From Octopus vulgaris (taxonomy: Eukaryota): DNA of 64,000 nucleotides. Below the pieces are notes generated by a model, which was not told the origin of the DNA, ran no database searches, and saw nothing but the letters and a program-made list of their open reading frames with translations. The position numbers and the translations under genes were made by a program. The stretch is taken from positions 69,750,001-69,814,000 of the forward strand of contig OX597824.1 of assembly GCA_951406725.2 (NCBI GenBank), written 5' to 3'. Within the stretch, counting starts at the first letter, position 1, and each line of letters begins with the position of its first letter. Below are positions 15,190-29,664 of the stretch, in pieces.

Positions 15190-15535
15190 GTAATGACTGA
15201 AAGAGTACAATCGTGAATAGAAGCGGATATTTGGAGTAACGTTACGCGACAAGATGCGTAGCTCGGAGATCAGGAAGTCCCTCTCTCGAACGAGGCGCTA
15301 CTTCTCATTGAGAGGTCTCAGCTCCGGTACTATGGCTACGTTGCAGGAAATAATCGCAAGACGGATTATTCAAGCCGAGTCAACTGGTCGAAAAGTTAGA
15401 GATAGCCCAAGAACGAGATGGTTGGATAGCATCCATAGCCTCAGTTGATCACGCTTGGAGACCGAGTTGGCAAATCAAAATGAGAATTGATTCTGACAGC
15501 ACCCTATAAAGGAGTTACCTGAGAATCCTACCCCT
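15190..15535 (+). mobile_element. RTE-like LINE 3' end fragment (second family)
   Basis: IFGVTLRDKMRSSEIRKSL...STGRKVRDSPRTRWLD resembles the RTE GRPRTRWLD motif. Confidence 0.7.
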
Positions 15536-15619
15536 ACGATTCTCCCACGAACAGTGAGTGAAAAAGATGGATGGATGGAGAGATGGATGGATGAATGGGT
15601 AGGTGAATGGATTATGAAC

Positions 15620-15795
15620 ATCCATAATCGTCTGAAGAAGTTTGGAAAGTTTTGCTGAAACTTTGACAATGAACGTGGGTTCCACATGCTCTTTCAGGAG
15701 CAAATTTTCAGTAAGAGCTTAATCGCTGCGAATCACTCCATACATGAAACGCTCGAGCGTATCGTGACTGGAGAGGAGAAATATATTATTTACAG
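15620..15795 (+). mobile_element. Mariner transposase fragment
   Basis: Translates in pieces to IHNRLKKFGK..WVPHALS..ERIVTGEEKYIIY. Confidence 0.7.
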
Positions 15796-15989
15796 CAGCG
15801 CTTCTTAAAGTATGGGTCGTGAAGCGAAATGCTGGGATCGCGAAATTTAAATTCAAACACTTGGATTTTAGTTTATATGTTATTTCACAAATTTCTGTTT
15901 TTATGTTACTTCTGAAATGGCATTACATGTTCTTTTGTCATTTAGGACCACATACCCACGTCAAACGACTTTTTCAGCTTTAACCCTAA

Positions 15990-16384
15990 CTAGCAGTATC
16001 GCCCGGCGTTGCTCGGGTTTGTTTTGATCCTTTAGAATTGGAACTTTTGAAAATTAAAAATTTTGCGTTATGTAACTTGTTATTCTCTTTAAGTGAACAT
16101 TTTTTTTGGTTGAAATACACCGAAAAATGGTGACACAACAGTCAAAAAATCGTAAAAAATAGGGATTTTCATAGAAAAATAAAGTACCTTTTTGATGTAA
16201 ATAATTTTTGATGCTAACATGGTCCGATTTGAATTTTTTGTTCTACGGAAGGAAGGGCAATCCTTCTTTTATCATAATCTCAATTTTGGTCAACTTGTGC
16301 CGCAGGGTCTCGGAGGAGATAGTGTTAGTTGAAGGCTACCAAACCTGCCATACACAGACAACTTCAGTTTTATATAGAGAGAGA
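15990..16384 (-). mobile_element. Non-autonomous Helitron
   Basis: CTAGCAGTATCGCCCGGCGTTGCTCGGG end and TTTTATATAGAGAGAGA other end. Confidence 0.85.
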
Positions 16385-16611
16385 TTAAAGCCAAATACCG
16401 TTGAACGTTAAAAAACGTAGATGCTTTACGTCCAGCAGTGTTAAATATTACACCAAGGTTTAATTTGTTAGGCAGCAAAAAACAAGCACTTTCGTCACGT
16501 TGATTTTTGCTTTGGTTTATTTACGTACTCGAAACATTTACTTTTATTTTGACAAATAATATAACTACTTTTTTTATATGTATTATTGTTCAGCCAAAAA
16601 TAAATGATTTA

Positions 16612-17040
16612 TACTCTTACTCTTTACTCTTTTACTTGTTTCAGTCATTTGACTGCGGCCATGCAGGAGCACCGCCTTTAGTCGAGCAAATTGACACCGG
16701 GACTTATTCTTTGTAAGCCCAGTACTTATTCAATCGGTCTCTTTTGCCGAACCGCTAAGTGACGGGGACGTAAACACACCAGCATCGGTTGTCAAGCCAT
16801 GCTAGGGGGACAAACACACAAACACATACACACAAACATATACACACACACTTATATATATATATATATATACATATATACGACAGGCTTCTTTCAGTTT
16901 CTGTCTACCAAATCCACTCATAAGGCATTGGTCGGCCCGGGGCTATAGCAGAAGACACTTGCCCAAGATGCCACGCAGTGGGACTGAACCCGGAACCATG
17001 TGGTTGGTTAGCAAGCTACTTACCACACAGCCACTCCTAT
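16612..17040 (-). mobile_element. SINE family A, near full length
   Basis: Reverse complement of the family A consensus. Confidence 0.92.
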
Positions 17041-17944
17041 CTTTTATTTCATATATAATACCTGGGGTCGCGAAAAATCTCGCATTTGAAAATGGGGCCA
17101 CGAATGATAAAAGTTTAAGAAGTGCGGCTTTACAGCAATATTTAGTTCTGTAAATAATAGCTTAGCGCAAATCAGAATCAAGCACAGAATTTACGAGAGG
17201 GATTTCACCAAAAGAAAAAAAAAAAATCATCGTGTTTGATCGGTTATGGGAAAATTAAGCTATTATGAGTTTTTAAGGGTCAGTCACGCGCTCACCTATG
17301 AAGTCAACCATCAGCAACTTCATCGTTTGAAGATTGGCTTGGATAAAAAAAAAAAAAAGGTTCCTGTTTCGAATCACAGAAGGGCCCCCAGTTCATCAAG
17401 ATGATTGAAATCAATAAAATCTATGCAAATCCCTACTACAAAATGTTCTGGAACCGTTTGTACAGAAAACATGCTTCACTCACCATCAACATTCTTCAGA
17501 CTTTATTCCATTAGACATTTACTAATCTAGATCTTCGTAAAACCATATCGATAGTAAAATTATGGCCAATGGGGAAGACATAGAAAATTAATTAAATATA
17601 TGTTTTAATTCAAAACTCAAGGAATTTTGCGAATCAGGCATTGGAAAATATACAGATAGAGGGGGAAAAGTGATACAAGATTAAAGAATTATAGGCGATG
17701 ATTAAATTTGCTGTATTAAATATCATGTTTGTACTTTTAAATATATACTTAAAAATCGTACAGAACTATCTATATAACCGGGTAACATACATTCATACGT
17801 TTGTGTGTGTGTGTGTGCCTGTGCGTACATGTGTAATACGTGTGCAGACACTCGTTATACATGTGTGTGTGTGTGTGTGTATGTATGTGTATATGCAGCA
17901 ATGGATGCATGTATATATACGTTTATATTCTTTCATTGTTTTTG

Positions 17945-18009
<65 letters not shown>

Positions 18010-18145
18010 GTATATATATATATGTATATGTATATATAATATATGATATATACATATACATATATGCATGCATATCTATCTCTCTCTATATATATATATA
18101 CATGTGTGTGTTGTGTGTGTGTGTGTGTCTGTGTGTGTGTGTGTC

Positions 18146-18212
<67 letters not shown>

Positions 18213-18748
18213 TGTAGATGACAGCATAAAGGAAGGAGTGAATGATTTACTAACATAAAGAAAATTAATATGAAAAAAAGGTTAGTAAAATGTGCATATG
18301 TATGTATATATGCATGAGGCATGCACGTGTGTTTGTGCGCGCGTGAGTGTGCGAATGAGTGTGGGTGGTGGTTGATAGGTTGAAGGCACAAAGGTGAGAT
18401 AAAAATTGAGTGTTGGTGAGATCGCGAAAGCGACAGAGCAAGATATGGAGGCAACGTGTCAGAGTAAAGTAGTGAGAGAGCAAAATAGCAGTGAGTTTAA
18501 GGCATCCGTGTGTATAGGGGGAGAAATAAAGTGACAGTGAGAGAGGGAGTGAGAGAGAGAGACAGAGAAAGAGAGAGTGAGTGAGGGGGATTGAGTGAGA
18601 GAGAGAGAGAGGGAGAGAGGGAGACTGAGAAAGGGTGAAAGAGATTCAGAAATATGTGTGGGTTGAATGTAAGACAAAAGAAAGATTAAGTATATTTGGG
18701 AGAGAGGTAGAGAGAAGATGTGTTAAAGTGTGTGTGTGACAGAGAGGC

Positions 18749-18878
<130 letters not shown>

Positions 18879-18905
18879 TGGTAGATTGGTAGATTGGTAG
18901 ATTGG

Positions 18906-19001
<96 letters not shown>

Positions 19002-20517
19002 GACAGACAGTGTGAAGAAGAGAGAGAGAGAGATGCAGAAATATATGTGCGTTAAATATAAGATATAGAAAACATTAAATATATTTCGGAGAGAAGTAGA
19101 GAGAATGGAGAATGTACTAATGGGAGTGAGAGAGAAGGAGAGAAGGAGCGTAAGCAAGAGAGGGTGAGCGAGAGAGAAAAAGAGGAAATATAGGATACAA
19201 AGACTAATTGAAGGTATACTGTGAGTATAGGAGTGATGGTATATATACCAAAGAGAGAGAGAGAGAGACATGGGTGTGTGAAGGAAATAGAGAGAGAGAA
19301 TGGTGAAAAGAAAGAGAAAGAGAAAGTGAAAGAGAAAGTGAAAGAGAAACGAAGAGAGAAGTATATCAAACACGTCATATGCAACAGACAGATAGGAATT
19401 TTATAAATAATTTTTTCTTGAAAATAAAATAAAATAAAATAAAATAAAATAAAACAGAAAAAAAGAATACGGAAGAAAAGCAACAAAAATGGCAAAAGAA
19501 TAATAAAATAATAATACAAACTCCACTAACTAGAACAAACAAACAAACAGCTCTAGGTTAAATAAAAAAAGAACAAAAATAAGCGTAATTTCAAAAAACA
19601 CAGCAAAAACAACAGGTACACATTATTGAGAGCGTGTAATTTATTTGTAAAATTAACATAAGTTTAACATAAACTAATTGGTATTTATCGATTATATAAA
19701 TATTATTTTTTTAATTTATTACTATTATTATTATTATTATTATTATTATTTTGTTTTTTGTTTTTGCTTTGTTTCTTTTTGTTTGTTTCTTGCTCTTCCC
19801 CCTTCCACTCCTTTTAATTAAAAATGTTGTCATCGTGTTTAATTTTGTAGTTGCTGTTGTTGTTGTTGTTGTTGTTATTGCTGCTGTTGTTGTTGTTGTT
19901 GACGTTGTTTGTGTTTTGCTTTTATGAAACAAACAAATAAACAAAAAGAAAGATAGAAAGAAAAGCTAAAAGAATATTAACAAACAAAAAAAAAAAACAA
20001 CCGTGTCTGAAGTGAGATATCTGCCATGTTTTAATAACGCTGTCTGACAAAATTATTTGAAAGCCGACATTTTGGAAAAACATGGGCGTAATAGATAGCA
20101 GTTGACCGAAGCGTTACAGCCACGATCGTGGTACCAAAACGAAGAAGAACCTTCACTTTATCTATATAGTCACAGACATTCCTTTACTGAGCCATTAACA
20201 TCACATAACAGTTGCTATTCTTGTTGTTGCTGTTTTTTATAGTTGCTGTTGTTTCTTTTGCAGTTGTTGTTACTGTTTAGGCATCAAGCACGCACGTCTG
20301 TAAGTGTATGTGCGTGTGTGTGTGTATGTGTGTGTGTATGCGTGAGTATGTGTGTGTGTGAGAGAGAGAGAGCAAGGAAGGGTGAATAATTAAAGCATTA
20401 ATGCACCAACCAAAATACTCGGGAGTAATGTTGATCTGCTGGTTTGTGCCAATATGCAATAGCCTAGTAAGGTTTCAGCAGGTTTCCAAATCGCTACCCT
20501 AACCGTGGGGCATTTAT

Positions 20518-20926
20518 GGCGCTGGCAGAAACAAAAGCACGCCGGGCGAAATACTTAGGGGTATTTCGTTTGCCGCTACGTTCTGAGTTCAAATTCCGCT
20601 GAGGTCGACTTTGTCTTTCATCCTTTCGGGGTCGATTAAATAAGTACCAGTTACGCACTGGGATCGATGTAATCGACTTAATCCGTTTGTCTGTCCTTGT
20701 TTGTCCTCTCTGTGTTTAGCCCCTTGTGGGTAATAAAGAAATAGGAATTTCGTCTGTCGCTACCTTCTGAGTTCAAAGTCCGCCGAGGTCGACTTTGCCT
20801 TTCATCCTTTCGGGGTCGATTAAATAAGCACCAGTTACGTACTGGGGTCGATGTAATCGCTTAATCCCTTTGTCTGTCCTTGTTTGTCCCCTCTATGTTT
20901 AACCCCGTCTGAGTAGTAAAGAAATA
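20518..20926 (+). mobile_element. SINE family B, head plus two tandem units
   Basis: A 184-bp unit is repeated, with the junction AAAGAAATAGG|AATTTCGTCTG at ~20745. Confidence 0.9.
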
Positions 20927-21375
20927 AAAAAAAATATTGATGCGGCATCAGTATTAGTTGATGTGGCTTACGAAATCGCTTTGCAACCATATGGTTTCGG
21001 GTTCAGACCCATTCCACGTCTCCTTGGACGAGTGTTTTCTACTACTATAGTCCAGATACAAACGGTTAAAAACGTAAATATAAGCTCGGAAATTTTGTCC
21101 GACATACACCTTTTATGTTAATCATTAGGCAGCAGCCATGCTGGGGCATCGTCTTGAAGTGTTTAATCGAACAAATCGCCACCGGTCATTAACTTTAAGT
21201 TTATTCTATCTTTTGCCGAACCGCAAAGTTGCAGGAGCCTAAACAAGCCAATACCAGTTTTCAATTACCAAGTGGTATAGTAGGGACAAACACACACACA
21301 CACACACGTGTGTGTGTATATGCATTATATACATATACATACATGCATACATACATATATACAAGCATACGTACA

Positions 21376-21766
21376 TACTCTTTTTTTCTCTTTTTACTTG
21401 TTTCAGTTATTTGACTGCGGCCATGCTGGAGCACCGCCTTTAGTCGAGCAAATCGACCCCGGGACTTATTCTTTGTAAGCCCAGTACTTATTCTATCAGT
21501 CTCTTTAGCCTAACCGCTAAGTGACGGGGACGTAAACACACCAGCATCGGTTGTCAAGCAATGCTAGGGGGACAAACACACACACATACACATATATATA
21601 TATATATACATATATACGACAGGCTTCTTTCAGTTTCCGTCTACCAAATCCACTCACAAGGCATTGGTCGGCCCGGGGCTATAGCAGAAGACACTTGCCC
21701 AAGATGCCACGCAGTGGGACTGAACCCGGAACCATGTGGTTGGTTAGCAGGCTACTTACCACACAG
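21376..21766 (-). mobile_element. SINE family A
   Basis: Near-identical to 16612-17040. Confidence 0.92.
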
Positions 21767-21974
21767 TTCTCTCTTTCTCTGTTCCTTTTCCCTCTTTCCA
21801 TTGCTTTGTTTCCTCATTCCTTTCTGTAGAAGACACGAAACATCAAACACTCATCCACTTTTCCTGGGCGTTAAAATAATATACCTTGTTGTTTGTTGTT
21901 CTCTCACCTGTCAGTGTCTACTGCTTTCTTTCGTTTTAGTTTTTTTTTTTAAACAATTTTGGGCCACATATATA

Positions 21975-22205
21975 CAGGGTTGGCAAAAAGTCACCCGACA
22001 GTAAATCAAATTTCCATAAATACTTTCCGTTATTCTGTATTGAATCGAATGGAAAAATGTGTCGCTCAAGAAGGACTTCAGTTTGAACAATTTTCAAGAG
22101 GCTTCAGGTTTAGATGCTTTTATTAAATTCATTCAGTTGTTAAACATAAATAAATCTTCGAATTAAATAGTTTTGTTTTACTGTCAGCTGACTTGGCCAA
22201 TCCTG
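21975..22205. mobile_element. Tc1/mariner-type MITE
   Basis: TA|CAGGGTTGGCAAAAAGTCACCCGACAGTAAA ... TTTACTGTCAGCTGACTTGGCCAATCCTG|TA. Confidence 0.8.
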
Positions 22206-22214
22206 TATATATAA

Positions 22215-22290
<76 letters not shown>

Positions 22291-22439
22291 GTGTGTGTAT
22301 GTGTGTGTGTGTGTGTCTACAGATATAGGGGAAAAAGTGATACAAGATTAAAGAATTATGGCGATGATTAAATATACTGTATTAACTATCATGTTTGTAC
22401 TTTTAAATATATACTTAAAATTGTACAGAACATTGTACG

Positions 22440-22953
22440 TGCTGAAACCCGCTTTGATGGAAGGCGGATCTTGATGTTAATGCGAGAAATAAGAAGGCGG
22501 TGATCTTCGACCCCTCAAGATCATCAGTGGGTGGCCTGAAGAACGCAGCTGGCTCTACGTTAACCAACACCCAGAGAATCCTGGATCGCTGGAAGTCCCA
22601 TTTCAAGAGCCTACATAACGACCACTCACGCACTCCAGACGATCTCCTCCAAAACAGCACATCACTCCCCATCTGCCATTGGATGTCCTTGTTGCCCTTG
22701 CCCCATGAGTTCAACAAGGCATTCGAGCGCAAAGCCCCAGGACTAGACAACATCCCGTTTGAGTTTTTCACGCACGGAGGTTCTGAGCTGAAAAATTATC
22801 TGACACTCCTTATCATCAAGATCTGGGAAAGCAAGACCCTCCCGAACGATGTAGCTATCATCACCATCTACAAGAAGATATACCGAGAGGATTACAATAA
22901 CTATCGGGGCATCTCACTCCTGAGTATTGAAAGCAAGATCTTCGCCCGTATAC

Positions 22954-22957
<4 letters not shown>
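22440..22957 (+). mobile_element. RTE-clade LINE fragment, N-terminal part of RT
   Basis: ILDRWKSHF...KAPGLDNIPFEFF...IITIYKK..DYNNYRGISLLSIESKIFARIL. Confidence 0.92.
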
Positions 22958-22992
<35 letters not shown>

Positions 22993-22994
<2 letters not shown>

Positions 22995-23201
22995 CGGGAA
23001 GCTTTATGAAAATAAACAAAAGACGAAGGCAGGTGGAATACAAACAAACAATTGTATTAGTATGGCGCTCAGGAATATAAATAAAACAAGTCTTTTACGT
23101 TTCGAGCCTACGCTCTTCAACAGAAAGATACACAGAAAAGAAACACGGAGAGAAACAAGGAGAGAAAAAAAATGCGTGCAGAAGCTAGCGAATCAACATG
23201 G

Positions 23202-23203
<2 letters not shown>
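22993..23203 (-). mobile_element. Family C Penelope-like remnant inside (TA)n
   Basis: Reverse complement of 39769-39972; hammerhead-like motif at 23091-23128. Confidence 0.7.
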
Positions 23204-23298
<95 letters not shown>

Positions 23299-23854
23299 TA
23301 TATGATAAATACTACGGGCTTCTTTCAATTTCCGCCTACGAAATTCACTAACAAGGCTTTGGTCGGCCCGGGACTATAGTAAGAGACACTCGCCCAAGGT
23401 GCCGCGCAGTGGGACTGAACCAGAAACCATGTGGTTCATTAGCAAGCTATTTTCCATACACACACTCCTGCGCCTATATACATATATCAGTGGTCATGTC
23501 TATAGATACTCATACCAACATATACACATACATATACACTCGCACACAAATCTCTCTCTATATATATTTATATAAACATAAACATGTGTCTCTTTGTATA
23601 TATAGGTATGTAGTTAGGTAAGCCGTGGTGCAATTATTTAACAGTTTGTCAAATAAAGGGCATGTGAATATCTTGATAAATGTTATGCGTACTACGTTAT
23701 GCATGTTTAACATACCTCCTACAGAAAACGCAGGGAAATATATATATATATAGACATATATTCTGCAAATCATGCAGAAGCAGGAACACTGATTGACATA
23801 TATGTATATATGGGTGCATGTATATTCGCAGTACACGCATATAAACTTACAGCG

Positions 23855-23886
<32 letters not shown>

Positions 23887-23906
23887 ACATGTGCATCTAT
23901 ACATAC

Positions 23907-23941
<35 letters not shown>

Positions 23942-24396
23942 AAGATGCATTTTTGTATAGTATATATATATATGTATATCCATATATATATATATATATG
24001 GATATACATACATATGTATATATAATGTATAATATATATATATATATGTACTATATATATATACATATGGGTTTATATGTATATGTATATATTTTTATAC
24101 ATATACATACATATACATACATACATATCTATACATATATATATACATGTATATGCATATATATATATATATATACATATGTGTATACATGTATATATGT
24201 ATATATGTATATATTTTTATATATGTATATATTTATGTATACACATATATTTATATATATATATGCGTATACATATCTCTCCCCATATATATACACACAT
24301 ATAATTTACTTATACACTCATACATATATATATATATGTATATTCCTATATACATATATATATATATACGTATGTAGATATACATACATATACATT

Positions 24397-24434
<38 letters not shown>

Positions 24435-24841
24435 ACATGTATGTATGTATGTATGTATGTATGTATGTATGTATGTATGTATGTATGTATGTATGTATGT
24501 GTGTTTATGTATTTATGTAAGTATTCATACTTATATTTTTGGCTATTCCGCTTTCATTCTTCCATACAATTCTTGTAAATATAGGACCATTTTGCGATCT
24601 ACCCTACACCTCAGTCGGTCACATATCTGCAGAGATGCGAATCTTCATCACAACGCCACCATCATCATATCCGTGTCTACTCCGATGTTCCATCTTTTCA
24701 AAATCCACCGCATGCCACCGCCGCCGCCGTCTCCTTGTTTAGTTTCAACACTTAATTAATCATCGAACATGCATCTGGTGACATGCATCTTATTGGATGC
24801 TACGACAGTGGCTTTATCAATTGGTGACTACCACTACTACA

Positions 24842-24900
<59 letters not shown>

Positions 24901-24901
24901 A

Positions 24902-24942
<41 letters not shown>

Positions 24943-25037
24943 CACTATTGCTACTACCTCTACTACTACTACTACTACTGTCATTCTTTTGAGACCAGTT
25001 TCTTTCTTTCTATCGTCGTCATCATCGCCATCATCAC

Positions 25038-25086
<49 letters not shown>

Positions 25087-25233
25087 GTCGTCATCATCAT
25101 CATCATCACCATCATTACCATCATCATCGTCATAGTCATCAAACGAAATAAGGTGTCTGCTTATCCATGTTTATATATAAGTCAATATGCATGTCGAGAA
25201 TTCAGGAGTATACGTATGTATACATACATACAT

Positions 25234-25309
<76 letters not shown>

Positions 25310-25851
25310 GCACACACATGCGTCTTTAGGCCTGTCTATTCTGTGTATATCTGTATTAACATGTCTTTATGCACGTGAATGCTTGAGACGTATCGGCATT
25401 GGTTGTGTGTGCACAAATATGGCGCTACTGCTATCATTTGACGATGTATCATCGGGAAAAATAATATGCATTTTGGACAGCAGCCATGATAGCCGTATAT
25501 CAAACGGCTTTAAGAAATCGTCTTCAATTCAGTTGTTATGTCAGAAGCAAACTTACTGTTAAATCCTCTTTTATCTTGTCTTAAGTTTCTCTGCTCTCCA
25601 ACAATGATACACTGTCAGTATTTATAGCCGGACTAGAATCTGGAAGCCTACGTAAATCCCAAGCCAAGCACCCCGTACCAACGAAATTTACATGATTTGC
25701 AAAAAATTTGCATAAGTGAAGGAAAGAAATCTATGTCTATGTGTATGTGTGTATATATGTATGCATGTGTGTGTGTGTATATGTGTGTGTATACTTATCT
25801 AAACGTATATTTATATTTTATGTATGTAATTGTATATACACATATGAATGT

Positions 25852-25884
<33 letters not shown>

Positions 25885-25979
25885 CACAAACACACAAAGA
25901 CGTATAAAATATATGTATGGATGTATACACATACCTATACGTATTGGTATGTGCCTCTAATTATTCAAACATATATGCA

Positions 25980-26011
<32 letters not shown>

Positions 26012-26649
26012 CACACACATACATATATGATAGATATATATATACATATATATATACACATATATATTTATATATATATATGTTTATATACGTACATACA
26101 TGCATACTTATTAGTGGTATTACACATTACATGCACAAATTGACATTGGTATAAATATATATGTATACCTACTTATATATATATACACACACACTCACAC
26201 ACTCGTATATATTAGTAATGTTTACGTTGCATAAGCTTCCATCTGTCCAGTGTTGAGGACATTAAATGTAAAAGCAATATTAAATATTTATTTATTTATC
26301 TATTTCTTCTTTTAACTTTTTGCGCAAAATTTCTACTGTGTTACGATGTGTGACGAAGATATATTGCGCCGTAGTCTCCGGAGATTCCGGCTCGAACCGG
26401 AACCGTACGTAAAATGAATTAACGTGATAGTTCTAACATTGTTGCTTGATTTGCTTGAGATAAGCACTGTCAACTCGCTCTCCACACACACCTATCATTA
26501 AAGAACGGATATATTTGTTAATTTCGTCCTAGGTACACTCGGCCAGAAAGAACGCCTGGCTCAACTTAGTTACAGGGCTTTGTAAATATAAACCTGGGCT
26601 GATTTATGACACAACAACAACAGTTGTAAAGAAAGTAATTATATTTAGA

Positions 26650-27570
26650 TGGCTAATAATGCTTTCAAATTTTGGCACAAGGTCAGTAAGGTCGGATGAG
26701 GGGGTAAATTGATTAAATCGGCCCCAGTGCTCAACCGGTACTTATTTTATTGTCTACGAAAGGCTGAAAGGCAAAGTTGAATTTGAAATCGGTGGAATTT
26801 GAAATCAGAACGAAATGCCGCTAAGCATTTTGCTCGGCGTGCTAACAATTCTGCTAGCTCGCTGTCCTAATTAGTTGACTAATAATAATAATACTTAACC
26901 ACTCAACGTCAGTGGTCGAGTGGGCATTGCGCCTCATTATAAATGACGTTACGAGCTGGCAGAATCGTTAGCACGCAGGACGAAATGCTTAGCGGTATTT
27001 TGTCTGCCGCTACGTTATGAGTTCAAGTTCCGCCGGGGTCGACTTTGTCTTTCATCCTTTCGGAGTCGATTAAATAAGTACCGGTTACGCACTGGGGTCG
27101 ATATAATCGACTTAATCCGTTTATCTGTCCTTTGTTTGTCCCCTCTGTGTTTAGCCCCTTGTGGGTAGTAAAGAAATAGGTATTTTGCCTGTCTTTACGT
27201 TCTGTGTTCAAATTCCGCCGAGATCGACTTTGTCTTTCATCCTTTCGAGGTCGATAGATTAAGTACCAGTTGCGAACTGGGGTCGATCTAATCTACTGGC
27301 CCCACTCCCCCAAAATTTCGGGCCTTATGCCTAGAGTAGAAAAGAATAATGATAATCCTTTCTACTATAGGAACAAGGCCTGAAATTTTGGCTCGGAGGG
27401 GATAGTCGATTAGATCGACCCCAGTACTCAACTGGTGTTCATTGTATCGACCCCGAATGGATGAAATACAAAGTTGTCTATGAAATTTGAACTCAAAACG
27501 TAAAGACAGACGAATATGCCGCTAAGAATTTTACCTGGCGTGCTAACGATTCTGCAAGCTCACCACTTTA
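26650..27570. mobile_element. Cluster of three SINE B elements in alternating orientation (- 26650-26870, + 26950-27345, - 27352-27570)
   Basis: Family B head and central domain on both strands, with a shared tail CCAAAATTTCGGGCCTT(A/G)TGCCTA. Confidence 0.85.
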
Positions 27571-27639
27571 AGACTAATAAGAAGAAGGAAAGTGACATAC
27601 AACCAGTTCCTGTATTTCTTAGCCGCAGAATTATCTTTG

Positions 27640-27815
27640 GAGGTCTATGGCTTAGGAGTCAGGGTGTCGGACTTATGATCGCAAGATAGTGGTTTCAATT
27701 CCTGGAGCGAGAGATGTATTGTGTTCGTGAGAAAAAACATTTCATGTCACGTTGCTCCTGGCCACTCAGCTGATAAATTCAAGCAACCTTGCGACGGACC
27801 GGTATCCCGTCCAAG

Positions 27816-27868
<53 letters not shown>

Positions 27869-27910
27869 AGAAAAACCGGGAAACCTGCCTTGTGATCCTT
27901 ACGGAATAAT
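27640..27910 (+). mobile_element. SINE family E (tRNA head, Meta-domain-like core), degraded
   Basis: CCTTGCGACGGACCGGTATCCCGTCCAAG...AAACCGGGAAACC is shared with 30457-30755. Confidence 0.65.
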
Positions 27911-28009
27911 GCGAATTAACCAAGATACATATTTTTTTTATCAAAAAGTAAAATGCCTTAATATCTATATTCCAATATTTTATCAACAACATAATCGTCG
28001 TCGTCGTCG

Positions 28010-28080
<71 letters not shown>

Positions 28081-28629
28081 TTCATCATCATCATCGTCGT
28101 CTTCATCATCATCATCATCGTCGTCGTCGTCATCATCATCATTATTATTGAGTGAGAGTGCAGTGCATGCCATCAAAGTGACACTAGGGTAAAATATACG
28201 AAGCCCAATAAACCCATCATGACTACCCGGCTGATAAGGGTACACCAAGCACATGCATCACAACCATATGTGCACGACATGGTGATCTCATATCAAGATT
28301 AACAGTGCGTGACCTTGCAGGTGGGCCCAGTTAGAATTTTCTTCAGGTTGAGTTGCGCACCCTGCTCAGAAGGTGCCTGAATGAGGGTTGTTTAAGGATG
28401 ATGACAGAAACATCCATGTTTCCAGAGGTGAATTTTTCAAACCCAAAGAATTCCTCTCAACATACGGCTATGATGCTCCCCACTACCTCTGCTCATGATC
28501 AAAGATACACATATCGTCAGCCACTAAGGGACATTGTCAACTGGTTAAGGTCAAACAACTGACAAGCAAATCTGTGGTATAGACCAGAATATTTGCTGTA
28601 TCATCATCATCATTATTATCTTTACTTCT

Positions 28630-29107
<478 letters not shown>

Positions 29108-29157
29108 ATATAATGATGATATAATAATTATTATAGTTTTTAGGGAGTATAACTAAT

Positions 29158-29222
<65 letters not shown>

Positions 29223-29664
29223 CATATGTATGTGTTTGTGTGTGTGTGTATTGAGATAAAATTAAAAAATGGATATATAGATATATATGCCAACAGATTT
29301 ATTTTATGAATATGTAGAGAGCCGGAATACAAACCGTAATGCAGGAATCGATCCCGCGGTCTAGCTATTGTGAGTGCCACACTCTAACGACTAGGCCATG
29401 TACCTTCATTTATATATAGGAGTTCCCACTGTCATGGCCAAGGCAAATGCAACTACAGCGGTGAGATTGATGGCAGTAACGTTCCTCTTGAAATTTTGTA
29501 AGTCCAACACTCGTGTGAAAGTCTAAAGTCTTGAACAGTGAAGGAATTCCAGAGGACCGACGTTCTAGGAAGGACTAGATGTAGTGAGTAGTGAGGAGCC
29601 TGTAGTAGGCTTGGACACAGCAAGTATGTTGAGAATTCTCGTTCGGTAAGACGACAGTTATAAC

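Larger units (their letters stand above)
15796..17127. mobile_element. hAT-type non-autonomous element carrying a nested Helitron and SINE A
   Basis: Imperfect TIRs CAGCGCTTCTTAAAGT / AGTTTAAGAAGTGCGG; 8-bp TSD ATTTACAG / CTTTACAG (7 of 8 match). Confidence 0.7.

Noticed and set aside
21551-21829. Recurrent ORF peptides such as [17 protein letters not shown] / [18 protein letters not shown]
   Set aside because: These are antisense translations of SINE family A, repeated wherever the SINE occurs.
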